From: Podarcis erhardii
Lineage: Eukaryota
Direction: 5' to 3' (one strand)
DNA: 64,000 nucleotides
Assembly: GCA_964252035.1 (NCBI GenBank)
Contig: OZ176204.1
The notes below the pieces were generated by a model. The model was not told the origin of the DNA. It searched no databases and saw only the letters and a list, made by a program, of their open reading frames with translations. Shown piece by piece: positions 11,801 to 23,515 of the stretch (the stretch's first letter is position 1; every line of letters starts with the position of its first letter). A program made the position numbers and the translations under genes.

Positions 11801-13499
11801 AACCAATTGCCCAGTGCCCAGTCCTGAGCTTTTGGTAAGAGTTAAAAACAAGCCCAAAATCAAAATCCCTAATTAATTAGTCTTCTAGTTAGCAAACATA
11901 TGAAGATTGCAGTATCCTGGAACAGAATGTTCAATGCTTTCTGAAGTATCGCTTGGTTTAAGATTGATGAAGGGCTGCTGAGGTCAGGTTTGTAAATATA
12001 AAACCATCTGCAAACTCTCCTGGGCTGGGACCTGCAGCAGAGTAATTTTAAAAGAGCAGGTGCTCATTCTGAATGTGGTTTTTTTCTGCTGAAATTGTTA
12101 CTTTATCAAGACTGTTTCTAGCTAATTATCAAAGGTATCTTGTGAGTGCTTATCAGTGAGGATTTTAATTATGTCATTTTGTTTTTAAAATGCTAAGTAT
12201 GTAGAGTCTCTTAATTTTTTTTTTTTCAAAAAAAAGCATAGATACTTCAGCAGGAGATGTAACACAGCTCAAACAGACCCAAAGTAGACATTACACATAA
12301 ATGCAGGCAAGGTGTGTGGGTGTGTTTGCAAGAGGGATTCAAGCACATACCAGAATTTTTGGTTTGTGTGGTTAAAGTGGATTAAAGTTCTCTGCTGCCC
12401 TAGTGTGACAAAGCCACTTTTTGCAGTTTGGAAAGTGACAGGAAAATCGTTTTTATATTTTAACTATATGTTGTCCGGAGGCTGCAATATTAGACCAATA
12501 AAGCATCAAGGCCTTTCTTAAATAGTTGTCTATGCATGCATACAACTTTACTTCCTCATTACCTAGTGAGGGAACAATACTAACCACTCAACCTCCACTT
12601 ATCCCAAAGTGGATTTCTCCCAAAGTAAATTTCCTTCACAGCAAACTGGTCTACAATGAAATTGTTTAACTTTAATATAAATGTATAGTTTCCCCCCCAA
12701 ATAAAATAAAGATGGATAAGGTGACACATTTAGAAATTAATGATGGTGTAAAGCATCAGGGTACTCTAGGATTCCTCATAAACTTATCAAAGCAGAGGTC
12801 CCCAATGTAGGGTCACCATATTTCAAACAGTGAAAATCCAGACAGAAAAGTTATTGAGCTTTTTTGGCCAACCCTAAGATCAGTAATGGTTTGCATATGA
12901 CATTAAATTACTTGTCTGCTGTCAAAACCTGAGTATGTGGTTTGCTTGTCTCTAAACGAACCATGTACAGTAGCTAAGGTCTGTTGCTCGTTTACCACTT
13001 GTGATTTGGAAAACACAGCAAGCCAAGGCTTTGAGTTTTCTTTTCCAGGAACAGCATGGACAATAAAAGGGGGGGAGGAGCAAAGTGGTGACTTCTAAAC
13101 AGTGTGCACTAGCATGCTACTTGTTTGTGCCCAGCCATAGTTAAAACACTTATTGTAGTTGGTGATGTGTGAACACAGTCTATGCATCTGTGTTGCCTGC
13201 CCTATTCCATCAGAGTTTACCCCAACAAAATGCATTGTTCTTTAACATTCTCATAGCAACAACTGCCTCTTTTTCAAAACTAGGTTCTGGGTGGGTATTT
13301 TATACTGCCTGTGGACACTTTTATATACTGCCAAATAGGCAAATAAACCAGAACTAGCTTATATCGATTAAACATATTCCTTTTTCCTTTACCAAAGTTT
13401 GCAAGGGCAGTGGTTCTACATCACTGCTTTCATGCTTGTATATTTTTTTTTAAGTCCTTGGCAATTGGTCCATAGAGCATCTGCTGTGGCAAAATGATT

Positions 13500-14430
13500 T
13501 CATTTTTCATTTTATTGACTTCTCTAACATCAAAATGCGACAGCAACCATTTTGCTTCCTTTCTGGCCTTTTTTTTTTCTTTCCTATTTTGGTGTCACCT
13601 TTAATTTTCATTTCTTTCTTTTCCCCTGGGAAAATTGTCTTTCTAGCATAAGTTTCCCTGTCACTAGATGGTGAGACAAAGAAATCAGTTCGTTTCTCAA
13701 CAGTACTTGCCTCAGCTGTCACTAAGCGTCCCTCCTTTTTCTCCGCTAGCTCACCCCCTCCCTCCTTTCTGGATGCTCAGTCTAGCAATGACCTCTTGCT
13801 GTGTAGAGATCAGTAGTTTCTTCTTCTTGGTTTTTATTTCCAACACTGACAATCACTATTACTAATTTACTTTCCTTTGGTTGATTTCCCTCTTGACTTT
13901 CCTCAAGTCCCTCACACTTTCCTGAAGTAGACTGATTATGTAAACAGCTTCATATGGAAAATGTTGGCTTTTTCCTGATTTTGTTTTACATTCATCTCCA
14001 GTGTTCATTTAACTTTTCCGTATCACATTATACTTCGTAAGCCAAAGATGGGTTGCTTAATTCTTTGCCTTCCCATCAATCTTCCTTTGCAGATGCCCTT
14101 CAAACCATTTTAGCCTGCTTTTTAGCCAACCATACTTTTAAGCAAAAAGTAACTCTGGGGTTATCTGGAAGAAATAACAGGCAGGTGTGGGAAAGGTTAA
14201 GAACTCCCTCCTGGCTGTCAATTCTCCCTTATAAACCCCCCCTAAATCGACACATTTTTGTTGCCCAGGCCAATTTGGGCTTGGAAACATGTTTGCTGAG
14301 GTAGAATGTGTAGTCTTATCCTTAAGGCTGTTTGTTTTACTTCTCCATTAGCATTATATTTACTGCTTCTCATTAGGTATTTTGTTATTTCATTCTTTTC
14401 TGAGCTGTACATTACAACAATCACAGACAG
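13500..14430 (-). mobile_element. Possible decayed L1-like LINE relic
   Basis: A-rich minus strand with broken frames weakly like the L1 ORF1 C-terminus (VIVVMYSSEKNEI, FLPDNPRVTF); highly degenerate. Confidence 0.3.
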
Positions 14431-14579
14431 TAAAGTAACTGTGTTGCATGCTCACAATCACAAATTGTAAATTCCCTCTCCACCCTACCAGTATTCTATT
14501 ACCTTTATGTAAACTGCACCCAAACACAGAAAATTTCTCAAAACCAATGACTGAGGCAGGCGTGGCCACAAAGGAAATA

Positions 14580-15360
14580 AGATGACCGCTTAAACTCCAA
14601 GCTCTGCTCCAAGACCCAGAAAAACAGCTTGGAGGAAAAGCCCTTGCTGTCTAACCCCCCCCCACGCCCCCCCCCCAAATAAAAATCTTGAAGAAAGGAG
14701 AGAATGGGTTCAGAAAAGCTGAAAACAAAAGGCCTCCCTCCATTCTGCCTGCCTCAAGACAGAAGGCTCACTTCTCAACAAGGACACTAATGAAGGCCGC
14801 AATCAAGATGGCATCACCCTCAGTAAAGGCCTCTTCCTCACTGGAGAAAGAAATTTGGTATATCTTAAGAGAATTGGCAGCACAAGAAGCAGCTATAAAC
14901 GAGCTTCTTAAAAATACTCAGAAAGCACTAATGCTTCCAATGGAAATGAAACTGACAGAACAGAAACTACAGCAACAGAAAAATTAAGCCAAATCCATGA
15001 CAAAAAGATCAAAGAATGACAAAAAGAATATGTATTCGCAACAAGCTTGAAGATGCAGAAAATCAAAATAGGAAAATTAGTTTGTGTTTATGTTGTTTTA
15101 AAGAGGGAGCGGAAGAGAGTGATCCTGCACAATTTATTGCCTCATGGTTTAAATCACTGCTTTCAGACCTCATAATCTCCGCTAATGGTTTTGAATGGGC
15201 ACACAGAGCACCTGGACCCAAACTGAGGGAGGAGCTTCCCTGCCCCGTGTGATATAGTTGTCCGCTTTGCCTATTACAGAAAGAGCAAGTGTGGAACAAA
15301 CTGAGGAACCTCATATCCATAACTTATAAAAACAGCCCAGTTATGGTGATGCAGGATCTG
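14580..15360 (+). mobile_element. Decayed L1-clade LINE ORF1 fragment
   Basis: LEDAENQNRKISLCLCCFKEGAEESDPAQFIASWFKSLL...FEWAHRAPGP...PCPV resembles the L1 ORF1p pattern (LENRSRRNNLRI.G..EG.E ... ERAHR ... PRP.IVRF), preceded by a coiled-coil-like stretch; stops present. Confidence 0.75.
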
Positions 15361-15584
15361 GCTTATAAAACACAGGCAGGGGGGAGGGCGGAGAATAAAT
15401 CTATGTGCTTGTATGATTAAACTGCAAGAAGCTGGGATTAAATATCATTGGGGCTTCCCCTTCCGCCTTATTTTCATGAGAGGATTGACACAGCTCACAG
15501 CAACAAATAGACTGGAGAAAACTAGATTGTCCTGAAGTTGAACCCTTGGCCTACCTGGTAGCAAGTCCAAAGTCGGGGGGGGGG

Positions 15585-16191
15585 TGTCAGACCACACAAG
15601 CGAAGTCCAAAGTTCAGGAAACACAGTCCAGGGTCAATGCAAGTAGCAAAGTCTGAAGTCCCAGTCAGGATAAACTCCAGAGACAATCCTAAAGCACAGT
15701 CCCAAAGTGGTCCAGGAGCATCCAAGCCAAGGGCAGTTGAGCAGACACAACTCCTCACCTCAGCTCTGCTTCCCTTTTACACTATGCCTGCTGATTGCAG
15801 CATCTGGGCTTGATGAGGCAGGTGACTCTCACCTGTTCTAAGCCTACTGCAGCTGAAGAATCACAACCCTCCTTCCAGAACTAGTGAGCCCCACTTGGCC
15901 AGCTAGAGGGCTGGGCTACGGGCCCTTGCCTGCCTCAGCCTCCTAGAGTGCCACTCCCACTGCTCCCTATACCTCACAGCCCATGTACATGGGGACAGGG
16001 GCCCCTCTGGCTCTAGTGATGGGTCCTGCTGCTCTGGTTCCTGTGCACTGACCTCCATCCCCTCACCATCCTCCATCCCCTTCTGAGTACTTCCTTCTCC
16101 ATCCTCTGCTTGCCCTGGTGGGTCCCATTCCCAGCTACACCCCTCGCCAGGATCCTCTCCCTCCTCCTCGTTGTCCTGCCAGTTCATGACA
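15585..16191 (-). mobile_element. Solo LTR-like element, probably Gypsy type
   Basis: Minus strand starts TGTCATGAACTGG and ends CTGACA (TG...CA with 5-bp terminal inverted repeat); TATA-like tgtaaaaggg inside; no TSD resolved. Confidence 0.6.
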
Positions 16192-16379
16192 CAGATCTGC
16201 ACAACACTGGTGGTATTGACTTACCTCTAGAATGGTAGCAAGGAGAGGCAATGGAAGAACAACACACTGAACTTTCCAATGTAGGTTGGGAGGATGCAAA
16301 AAGAAGCAAAAGATCCCACAAACACATATAACCAGGTATTTTATTTTTGCTGATGGAAAAAACTGTAATGTATTAAAAC

Positions 16380-16720
16380 AGATCTTGGCAACTAATTAGT
16401 ATGGTCAGATCAACACAGTAATATTTCATGGGGAATGAAGTTTCACTGCTCAGAAAATGAGGTCTTCTATTCTTGCCACTCTCAGCAGCCAAGGCCTCGT
16501 TCTGCACACGGTTGCATGTTTAATTAGCAGTCCTTCTGTAAGTGTCTGCAATTAGCACCACGATGATTAATAAAATAACCTCTTTAAAGCTCCATTTAGT
16601 CAGGAGAAATGCAAAATCAGGGATAATTAATTCATCATTAATAAATCATGGCTGATTAACTAATCTGTTGATTACAAACACATTTAGAGCTCAGACTCCC
16701 ACCTGAGCTCTCTGCTTCTT
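16380..16720. promoter_or_regulatory. ATOH7: Candidate ATOH7 remote (shadow) enhancer
   Basis: Many homeodomain sites: palindrome ACTAATTAGT at 16391-16400, TAATTA at 16521, ATAATTAATT, TAATC-N4-GATTA; lies between ATOH7 and PBLD. Confidence 0.5.
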
Positions 16721-17009
16721 TTTTTTGTTATTGTCTGCACTACACAGAAATGAACACAAAGAAAAAATAAACTGTACCAAAAAGCCCAACACAATGAATA
16801 AAAAAATCTGCGTTAAGCAGCAACTATATTGGTCTAGTCAGGAAGATTTAGATAGGGCGTGCTTTTAAAAAGTTATTAGACTCGGCTGATTATTTTATTC
16901 CCCCAGGAAAGAAAACTGCATTGTCTATTTGTTAAATTTGGGCAGGTGAACAGTAATTGCCTCCTTAGTGCAGCTACAGGAGTCCTACAAGCATTTCATA
17001 TAGGTAAAT

Positions 17010-17270
17010 TATTGTCTGTGTGGCGCTCCTGGGTAGGCCAGTTGGTGTGAAGCATTCAGCCACAAACAGTAAGACTACTCCTGTTCAACTATCCAAGACT
17101 TGGACTAGCAGCGCGATATGGACTGGCCAACCCAATACCAGCTGCTGGAAATCACAAGTGGGGAGAATGCTGTTGCACTCAAGGTCCTACTTACAGGTTC
17201 CATCTGGCTGGCTAGTGTGAGAACAGGATGCTGGACCTTTGTTCTGATCCAGTATGGCTCTTATGTTCTT
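17010..17270 (+). mobile_element. Old tRNA-derived SINE with LINE-derived tail
   Basis: 3' end gtgagaacaggatgctggacc...ctgatccagtatggctcttatgttctta is typical of squamate SINE tails; 5' part diverged. Confidence 0.5.
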
Positions 17271-17918
17271 AAAACAGGGCAATAGCCAGAATTTGTATAG
17301 CAGATGCTCTTTTAGCATTTCAACTTGGTACAGCTCCCCTTCTTTGCATGTATGCAAACCCAACAATCAACATGTCTAATAGAAAACTATTCAGGGCAAC
17401 TTGAGCTTAAAACCTCTAAAGAAGCCTACCCAGAGGTTCAGGTCAGTTGCTATGAGAGGTACACACTCGTCTGGCCCCACATGGACAAATATTTGACCTT
17501 TACGCCTTAATTGGGTGAGGTCTTATTCGGAGTTGTAAATCATGAAGAAGCAAATTATCTTCCAAATCACATGGCAGTTTCACATTAACAGATTGCTGGC
17601 AACCACGAAGAAAGGCACTCGTCCATTTTCAAGGAGTTGCATGTGACTATCTGTATTATTTAGAGATTTTTAATTTCTGTAGTTCTGTAGTTCCTCCCCC
17701 CCGCCAAACTAGTTTTGGGGGATCCAGAATTAGGTGGATATATGTGTATTACATGTTTAGGTTATTGAAAGAGGGCCAGCTCCAGGTGTGTGTGGCGGGT
17801 GCAGGGCAAAGTGTGGTACTGCATTATAAGGGAATTAAAATGGTGGCAGCAATGAGTCAAGCTGCTTGACCTGGGGCGGGGGGGGGGATAAAAATAAAGA
17901 GGGAACCAACCAGGACTG

Positions 17919-18540
17919 AGGCCATGGACTAGTTGGACACAGAGGAATGGTGGAAGGAAGCTGCTGGGAAACCCCCAAGGGAAGAAAACTCGGAGCTTGG
18001 GGACTGGTGGTGGGACAATGATGAGTGGTCAGAGTGAGGAGACTGGGAGGAGGAGGTGGAAGTTGGGAGTCTTTGGCAGAAAGAAGTCCAGAAACAGTGG
18101 CAGAAGCTGAAACAGGAGAGGGGTATGAGAGAGGCCAAGAGGGAGAGATGAGTCTGGCTGATGAAGTGTCACGGGTGTCTCCCATTCCTGCTGCAACAAG
18201 CTCCCTTCCCCTCTAGTTTCCTAGAACAAGAAGAGGCATAAAAAGGGTGAAGAAGTTAGCTTCATGCAGGCGCAGTCTCATATTGCTTTAGAAAAACCCT
18301 GGAGGGGACTTAAGACAGCTATGGGGAGGCGGGGGCTTTTAGTCTTGGCAACTGATCCATGGGGTCAGCCATACCAGGGATGAGCTTCTGTCCTCATTAG
18401 GCCTGACACTTGGCCAAGCCTGTGCAAATCATGTTCTTGCCTATAAAGAGTTAACTCTAACTTGCAGAGTGTGATTTACTTGCTTCTGAGACTTGATTTA
18501 AAATATGATGGAGATTATTGCGACCAGGCCTGAATTGCAT
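17919..18540 (+). mobile_element. Solo LTR-like element distantly related to 15585-16191
   Basis: Starts g(g)ccATGGACTAGTTGG, comparable to TGTCATGAACTGG; purine-rich acidic-ORF remnant; cctataaagag near the 3' part; right boundary approximate. Confidence 0.55.
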
Positions 18541-18727
18541 TTCTGGAGAATGTTATGAACCTCCTATCCCTTAGAATAGGGTTGGGGAACCTTTTTCATC
18601 CTGAAAACCACATTCCCTTCTGGACAACCTTCTGGGGCCATGTGATGCTGAAGCTTGTAGGGGCAGAGGCAAAAATGGATGGAGCAATTAATATAAATCT
18701 TACCAGCGTACAACAGACTAGCTTCTA

Positions 18728-18728
<1 letters not shown>

Positions 18729-18766
<38 letters not shown>
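18729..18766. repeat. (AC)19 microsatellite inside a decayed hAT-like MITE (about 18578-18840)
   Basis: Directly visible; left flank tagggttggggaacctttt resembles a hAT TIR. Confidence 0.95.
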
Positions 18767-18767
<1 letters not shown>

Positions 18768-19396
18768 ATTCTCTATCCTCGATACAGGAAAGCAAGAGGC
18801 ATCACCAGAGTTCAAGGGCACATTCCAGCCAGGCAAAAATACAAAAGGATGTTATGAAGTAGAGGTCTGGAGAATTGCATTCAGTCTCTAACTCTGCTTT
18901 AGAGGTCTACCAATTCAAGCTTATATACGTAGAGCTATTTACCAGGATAGGATTAAACAGTCATGGAATGAATTGTCCCAAGCAGTTACAAAGGGGCTAG
19001 ACAGAAATTGCAACACATTATTAAATAAATGTGTTCCTTAATCTGTTATGATCTGGCTCAAGCAGCCAGGATAGCACGGAAGAGGATAGTAATGGAAATA
19101 AAAATATACAAACATTTTATTTTATTTTAATTTTTTAAAAATTATATACCACAATAGTCTCAGGGCAGTTTACAAATATGCAATGCAACAAATAAAAATC
19201 AGATAAAACTATAAAATCAAACTTCAGTTAAATTGCCTGTCTTCTGAATTATGTCCATTTTGCCTTTTGATTTAAGTAGTCGTTTTCTCTGTAAAATATT
19301 CATCTGTATCAGCAACGATAAGAAGAAATGGAAATTTGTAATGACGAAGAGCTTTATTTCATTTTATTTTCTCTCTCCTTTTTTCAGCGTATTTTC

Positions 19397-19509
19397 TTAA
19401 ATGGTCAAAAAACCCTTCAACACAATGACTGTTTGGCCACTGACGTCTACTCTTCCATCAGGCCGAAGCAGAATCTTCAACTTTCCTCCACGAGCAGAAC
19501 ACTGAAATG
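19397..19509 (-). CDS. PBLD: PBLD last coding exon (AFQCSARGGKLKILLRPDGRVDVSGQTVIVLKGFLTI*)
   Basis: 113 nt; acceptor tttgtttag; TAA stop; homologous to human AFQCSHRGGEL...LEGTLTA. Confidence 0.97.
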
Positions 19510-20529
19510 CTAAACAAAGAGAGGGGGGAGGCTTGTATTTATATTTCCTATTATCTGTGTTTCCCATGAACGATGCATGCTGCAGTGCTTGGTTGTCACT
19601 AATGAGCAGCAGATGGGTTAAAGAAAGGGGAAAGCTCTATGGAACTACTGAACTCAGCAGAGCCAATCCATTGACAGGCTATGGTGAAGCCCTCACCCTA
19701 GACAGCAAATAGGGAGAATGCAAACTCCACCTGCCCCCACAAAACTCTGCTGCCTATGTGCATGTTACATGCTGCACAGTCTCTCCTCATGCTCCCTCCA
19801 CCTTTGGGGGCCAGAGAAGAGCCTTCAAAGAAGGCATGTTTTTGAGTTAGGAAGAAAAGTGTCTCTTCAGAACTTACAGCTCTGTGAAGGAACTCTCCTG
19901 CTCCCATGTAAGGTCTTACATATAAGAATTCCTTTACAGACAACCACATGGAACACATGTCTGGGGGATGGATGCAGGGGATGGGGCTAAACGCATGGCC
20001 CTGCTCCTGAGTGAGCACAAAATTACCCCACACCAGAGTAATGTGTGAACTGATCTACAGTTTCAAGTAGATATGGAGACAGCAAATCCCATACGTTAAC
20101 TCATCTAGAGCCAAAAAGCTTAAAAATAATACTGTACAAGTATTTCTTTAGATCCAGGCTTGAAAGACATATTGCCATTGATTTTAAGTGACCAATATCA
20201 TCTTCACTTGCCTATGGTTCTTATTTTTAGAAGGAAAGCCACAGTAATTTTAGCCTGCTGCATGCAAACTGGAAAGAACAGCTTGGTTTAAATTTCTTCT
20301 TCTTTTATCAATTTTGGCAAGGGTGGAAAAACTAATACACCTGAGATCCTTGCACAGCACTGTGCCCATATACATTCCTGAACCCTTGCTTGCCTTCAGA
20401 CCCTCTGGCTAAACAGGAGGAAAAATTAATGTGTAATTAAAGTTTCTGTGGATTTTATTTTCAACAGATTACATTTATTAAATTATTGAGCCCTAAGGCT
20501 TATTCTTATAATTGAAGAGAGATTCTTAC

Positions 20530-20592
20530 CACACATTTCCTTTTTCCCCAGTTGTTGTGACCAGTAACTACTTAAGACAGTATGAGCAGATC
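20530..20592 (-). CDS. PBLD: PBLD coding exon 8 of 9 (GSAHTVLSSYWSQQLGKKEMC)
   Basis: 63 nt; ctttccag acceptor, gtaaga donor; phases consistent. Confidence 0.97.
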
Positions 20593-20869
20593 CTGGAAAG
20601 AAAATGAAAAGATGTAATAATAATAACCCCAAAAAGTGTAACATTTTTAGGGTTCAAAGCACACCACATGCATTTTAAAAAAATAATCCTTATAATGCCA
20701 CAGTAGGGTAAGGCTGAATTATTATCCTCATTTGCAAACTGGCTGTCACATGGGGAAGGGCAGTATTCTGCAAAGACCTTTGGGATGTGCAGAACATCTC
20801 CACACATTAGAATTCTCCTCCATGCCTTGCAGTCATGAGGGCTGAAGCATCCAGAATTGAAGAAAGAAG

Positions 20870-21070
20870 GCAGGTTTATCTTTAACCAGGCCTTTGGCTG
20901 ATTGACATCTGATGCCCTTTTAAAATGTATTGTGGAAAGGGGGATTATTGGGTTGTCATTGCTTTTTTGTTTTTATTATGCATTTTCTGTTTTTTACATT
21001 GTGATTTTTATATGTGATTTTATTTTTTGAACCGTCCTGAGATCCAAGGGTATAAGGCTGTATACAAATA
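20870..21070 (+). mobile_element. L2-type LINE 3' end fragment
   Basis: T-rich tract followed by gaaccgtcctgagatccaagggtataaggctgtatacaaata, like squamate L2 3' termini. Confidence 0.5.
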
Positions 21071-21655
21071 CGACCTTCCAGGACTCTGTTTCTTCAACAT
21101 GGTAGAGTGGGAAGACTTGACAGATGACCATATTTTATCAAATTGGTTTTTTAAACAAGAACTCATAAACACCAAGCTTTTGAGTGTGTGTTAAAAGCCA
21201 TTATAAATATTGATTGTGGTATATTTTATTTTTATTTGTCCTTCACTGGTTCTAGGTCAACCTTTCAAATTATACCAAAACTAAAACTCACTCATGTGCA
21301 TGTGGTCCTCCTGAACAATATAGCATCTAGCATCCATTTTATTGTTGATTCATTTACTTTTCTATTTCAAGAATCTCTTAAGGGTTTTAAACACCAAATA
21401 GGCACATCTATATACACATTTTTTTTTTTAAGCTATCATGTTAATCCAATATAGTTACATATAACAAATAATGCTTGGCCATGTATAGTGCCATGGGCAT
21501 TCATAGGCAAAAACCTGCCTCAACAGATGTATCTGATGAGAGTAAAAGCTCATTTTGCTCATTTGTTAAAGGTATCATTGGCTTTTTTTGTTTTTTGTTA
21601 CAGCAGAGTAGCCCAGCAGTTCATCTGAATTTTGTACATAGTAAAGCTTCCAACA

Positions 21656-22024
21656 AGGGACTCGGGTGGTGAAGGGACACGGGTGTCGCTGTGGGTTAAA
21701 CCACAGAGCCTAGGGCTTGCTGATCAGAAGGTCAGCGGTTTGAATCCCCACGACGGGATGAGCTCCCGTTGCTCGGTCCCTGCTCCTGCCAACCTAGCAG
21801 TTTGAAAGCACGTCAAGTGCAAGTAGATAAATAGGTACCACTCTGGCGGGAAGGTAAATGGTGTTTCCGTGCGCTGCTCTGGTTCGCCAAAAGTAGCTTA
21901 GTCGTGCTGGCCACATGACCCGGAAGCTGTACGCCGGCTCCCTCAGCCAATAAAGTGAGATGAGCGCCGCAATCCCAGTCGGCCATGACTGGACCTAATG
22001 GTCAGGGGTCCCTTTACTTTTACC
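21656..22024 (+). mobile_element. Full-length Sauria SINE
   Basis: Head gggacacgggtgtcgctgtgggttaaacc, body with gttcgaatccc-like B box, tail ggggtccctttactttttacc; perfect 14-bp TSD TAAAGCTTCCAACA at 21642-21655 and 22025-22038. Confidence 0.92.
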
Positions 22025-22101
22025 TAAAGCTTCCAACAGGAATTATTCCCCTATGTTTAATAAAAATGAGAGCAAAGCCCTGCTTAAACACACAAACACA
22101 C

Positions 22102-22280
22102 CTGTGACAGGATCTTCTAAAACTCCAACCCACGGAGCAAAGTATCGAGAGAAAAAGTCATAGCTTTCATGTTTTCCGTGGAAATCTCCTTTAAGTGTGA
22201 CTATTAATCCTTGGACTTTCCCAGTCTTCTCAGCCACCAAAAGTTCTTGGCCATTCACTTGTATTTTCTCCAAATCAGAC
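22102..22280 (-). CDS. PBLD: PBLD coding exon 7 of 9 (SDLEKIQVNG...YDFFSRYFAPWVGVLEDPVTG)
   Basis: 179 nt; PhzF-family SRYFAPWVGV.EDPVTG motif; AG/GT boundaries. Confidence 0.98.
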
Positions 22281-22737
22281 CTTGAGGTTAAGCATGAAAT
22301 GTTAAATATTTAAATATATTTTTCCTATGTATGCAAATTTAAAGCTAAAACATCCCAGTGAGAACAATTATGAGCTGAAACATACTGCAGTTCTGGGTAT
22401 CTAAAGTAAGGATAGTGACAGTAAGAGCAAGTGCCCAGTACTGGTATAATGTCTACAACAGCCTTCACCAACTTGGTGCCCGCCAGGGGTTTTGCAGTGC
22501 CAGTCAAACAGAATAAGGCATCAAAGGAGGGGAGGTGGGGTTCACATTAATTTACATATAACAAAGATGGCGAGCCTATGGCCCCCTAGACATTGTTGGA
22601 GTCCAACTTCCATCAGCCCAAGCCAGCACAGCCAATGGTCAACAATGAGGGGAGCTGCAATCCAGCAACCATCTGGCGTGCCAAATATTCCCCAGCCTTG
22701 CTAATACCTAATGAAATTTGTAGAAAAACACATATAC

Positions 22738-22826
22738 CTTCCATAAGCATCACTGAGGCAGACAAGGAGCTTCTTTGTGTCAGGAGAATAGCGAACATCT
22801 TGAACATTCATATCGCCTACAGCTGC
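22738..22826 (-). CDS. PBLD: PBLD coding exon 6 of 9 (AAVGDMNVQDVRYSPDTKKLLVCLSDAYGR)
   Basis: 89 nt; ttaccag acceptor, gtatat donor. Confidence 0.97.
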
Positions 22827-23404
22827 CTGGTAATAAAATATTACAGGATGAACCCCAAAGAACTAGAGCATCTCCTAAATTACAATCATTAAGGATGCAT
22901 TACATTCTCAGTCAAATCAAAGGATGCACACATTTTAGGCACACGTGTGGGAGAACAGACAGATGACTTCCTCTTCTTAACACTTTGAGAACCCAAATTT
23001 AAACCCCTCTCCCTCTGGAATAAGTTGTGTGTGTGCTCCAGATGCAGAGAGAGCTTACTCATCTTTGGATCAGGATGACGTACAGGGCTCAAGCTTCATA
23101 TGGTGCAAATAAACACAGAAAGAGAACATGCAGTCTACATGTGTTTTCTGTCTGCTCACTCAGATTCCTCCTAGTTTGTTTAGAACATTTGGAGAAGCCA
23201 CTCTTAAACACATGGACTGATGCCCAAGAGCTCAGAGATAATTTGGCTGAGATCTTCAAAGCCCAAAGGAGAGATACATTCACTTTTCATCTCCTCCCAC
23301 AGTACCTTGACACTATTAATGCAGCTCAGTCTCTACTCCTTTAATTGGATCTGTCAAAAACCAAGAAGCACCCATACTCTCTAATGTAACCCCTAGTGTG
23401 CATG

Positions 23405-23515
23405 ATTATCCCATTTTATCCTCACAACAGCCTTGCACAGTAGGCTAGACTGAAAGTTGGGGTCAGGCCCAAAGTGTACCTAATGTCCAAATGTAGATTT
23501 GAGACCAGTTCTGTT
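23405..23515 (-). mobile_element. MIR-like/L2-tail SINE remnant
   Basis: ccattttatcctcacaacagcc...gtaggctagactga...ggatttgagaccag-like core. Confidence 0.5.

Noticed and set aside
22325-22507. ORF containing KAVVDII, which first looked like a PBLD exon
   Set aside because: The true exon (AAVGDMNVQD...) is at 22738-22826 with correct splice sites and phase.
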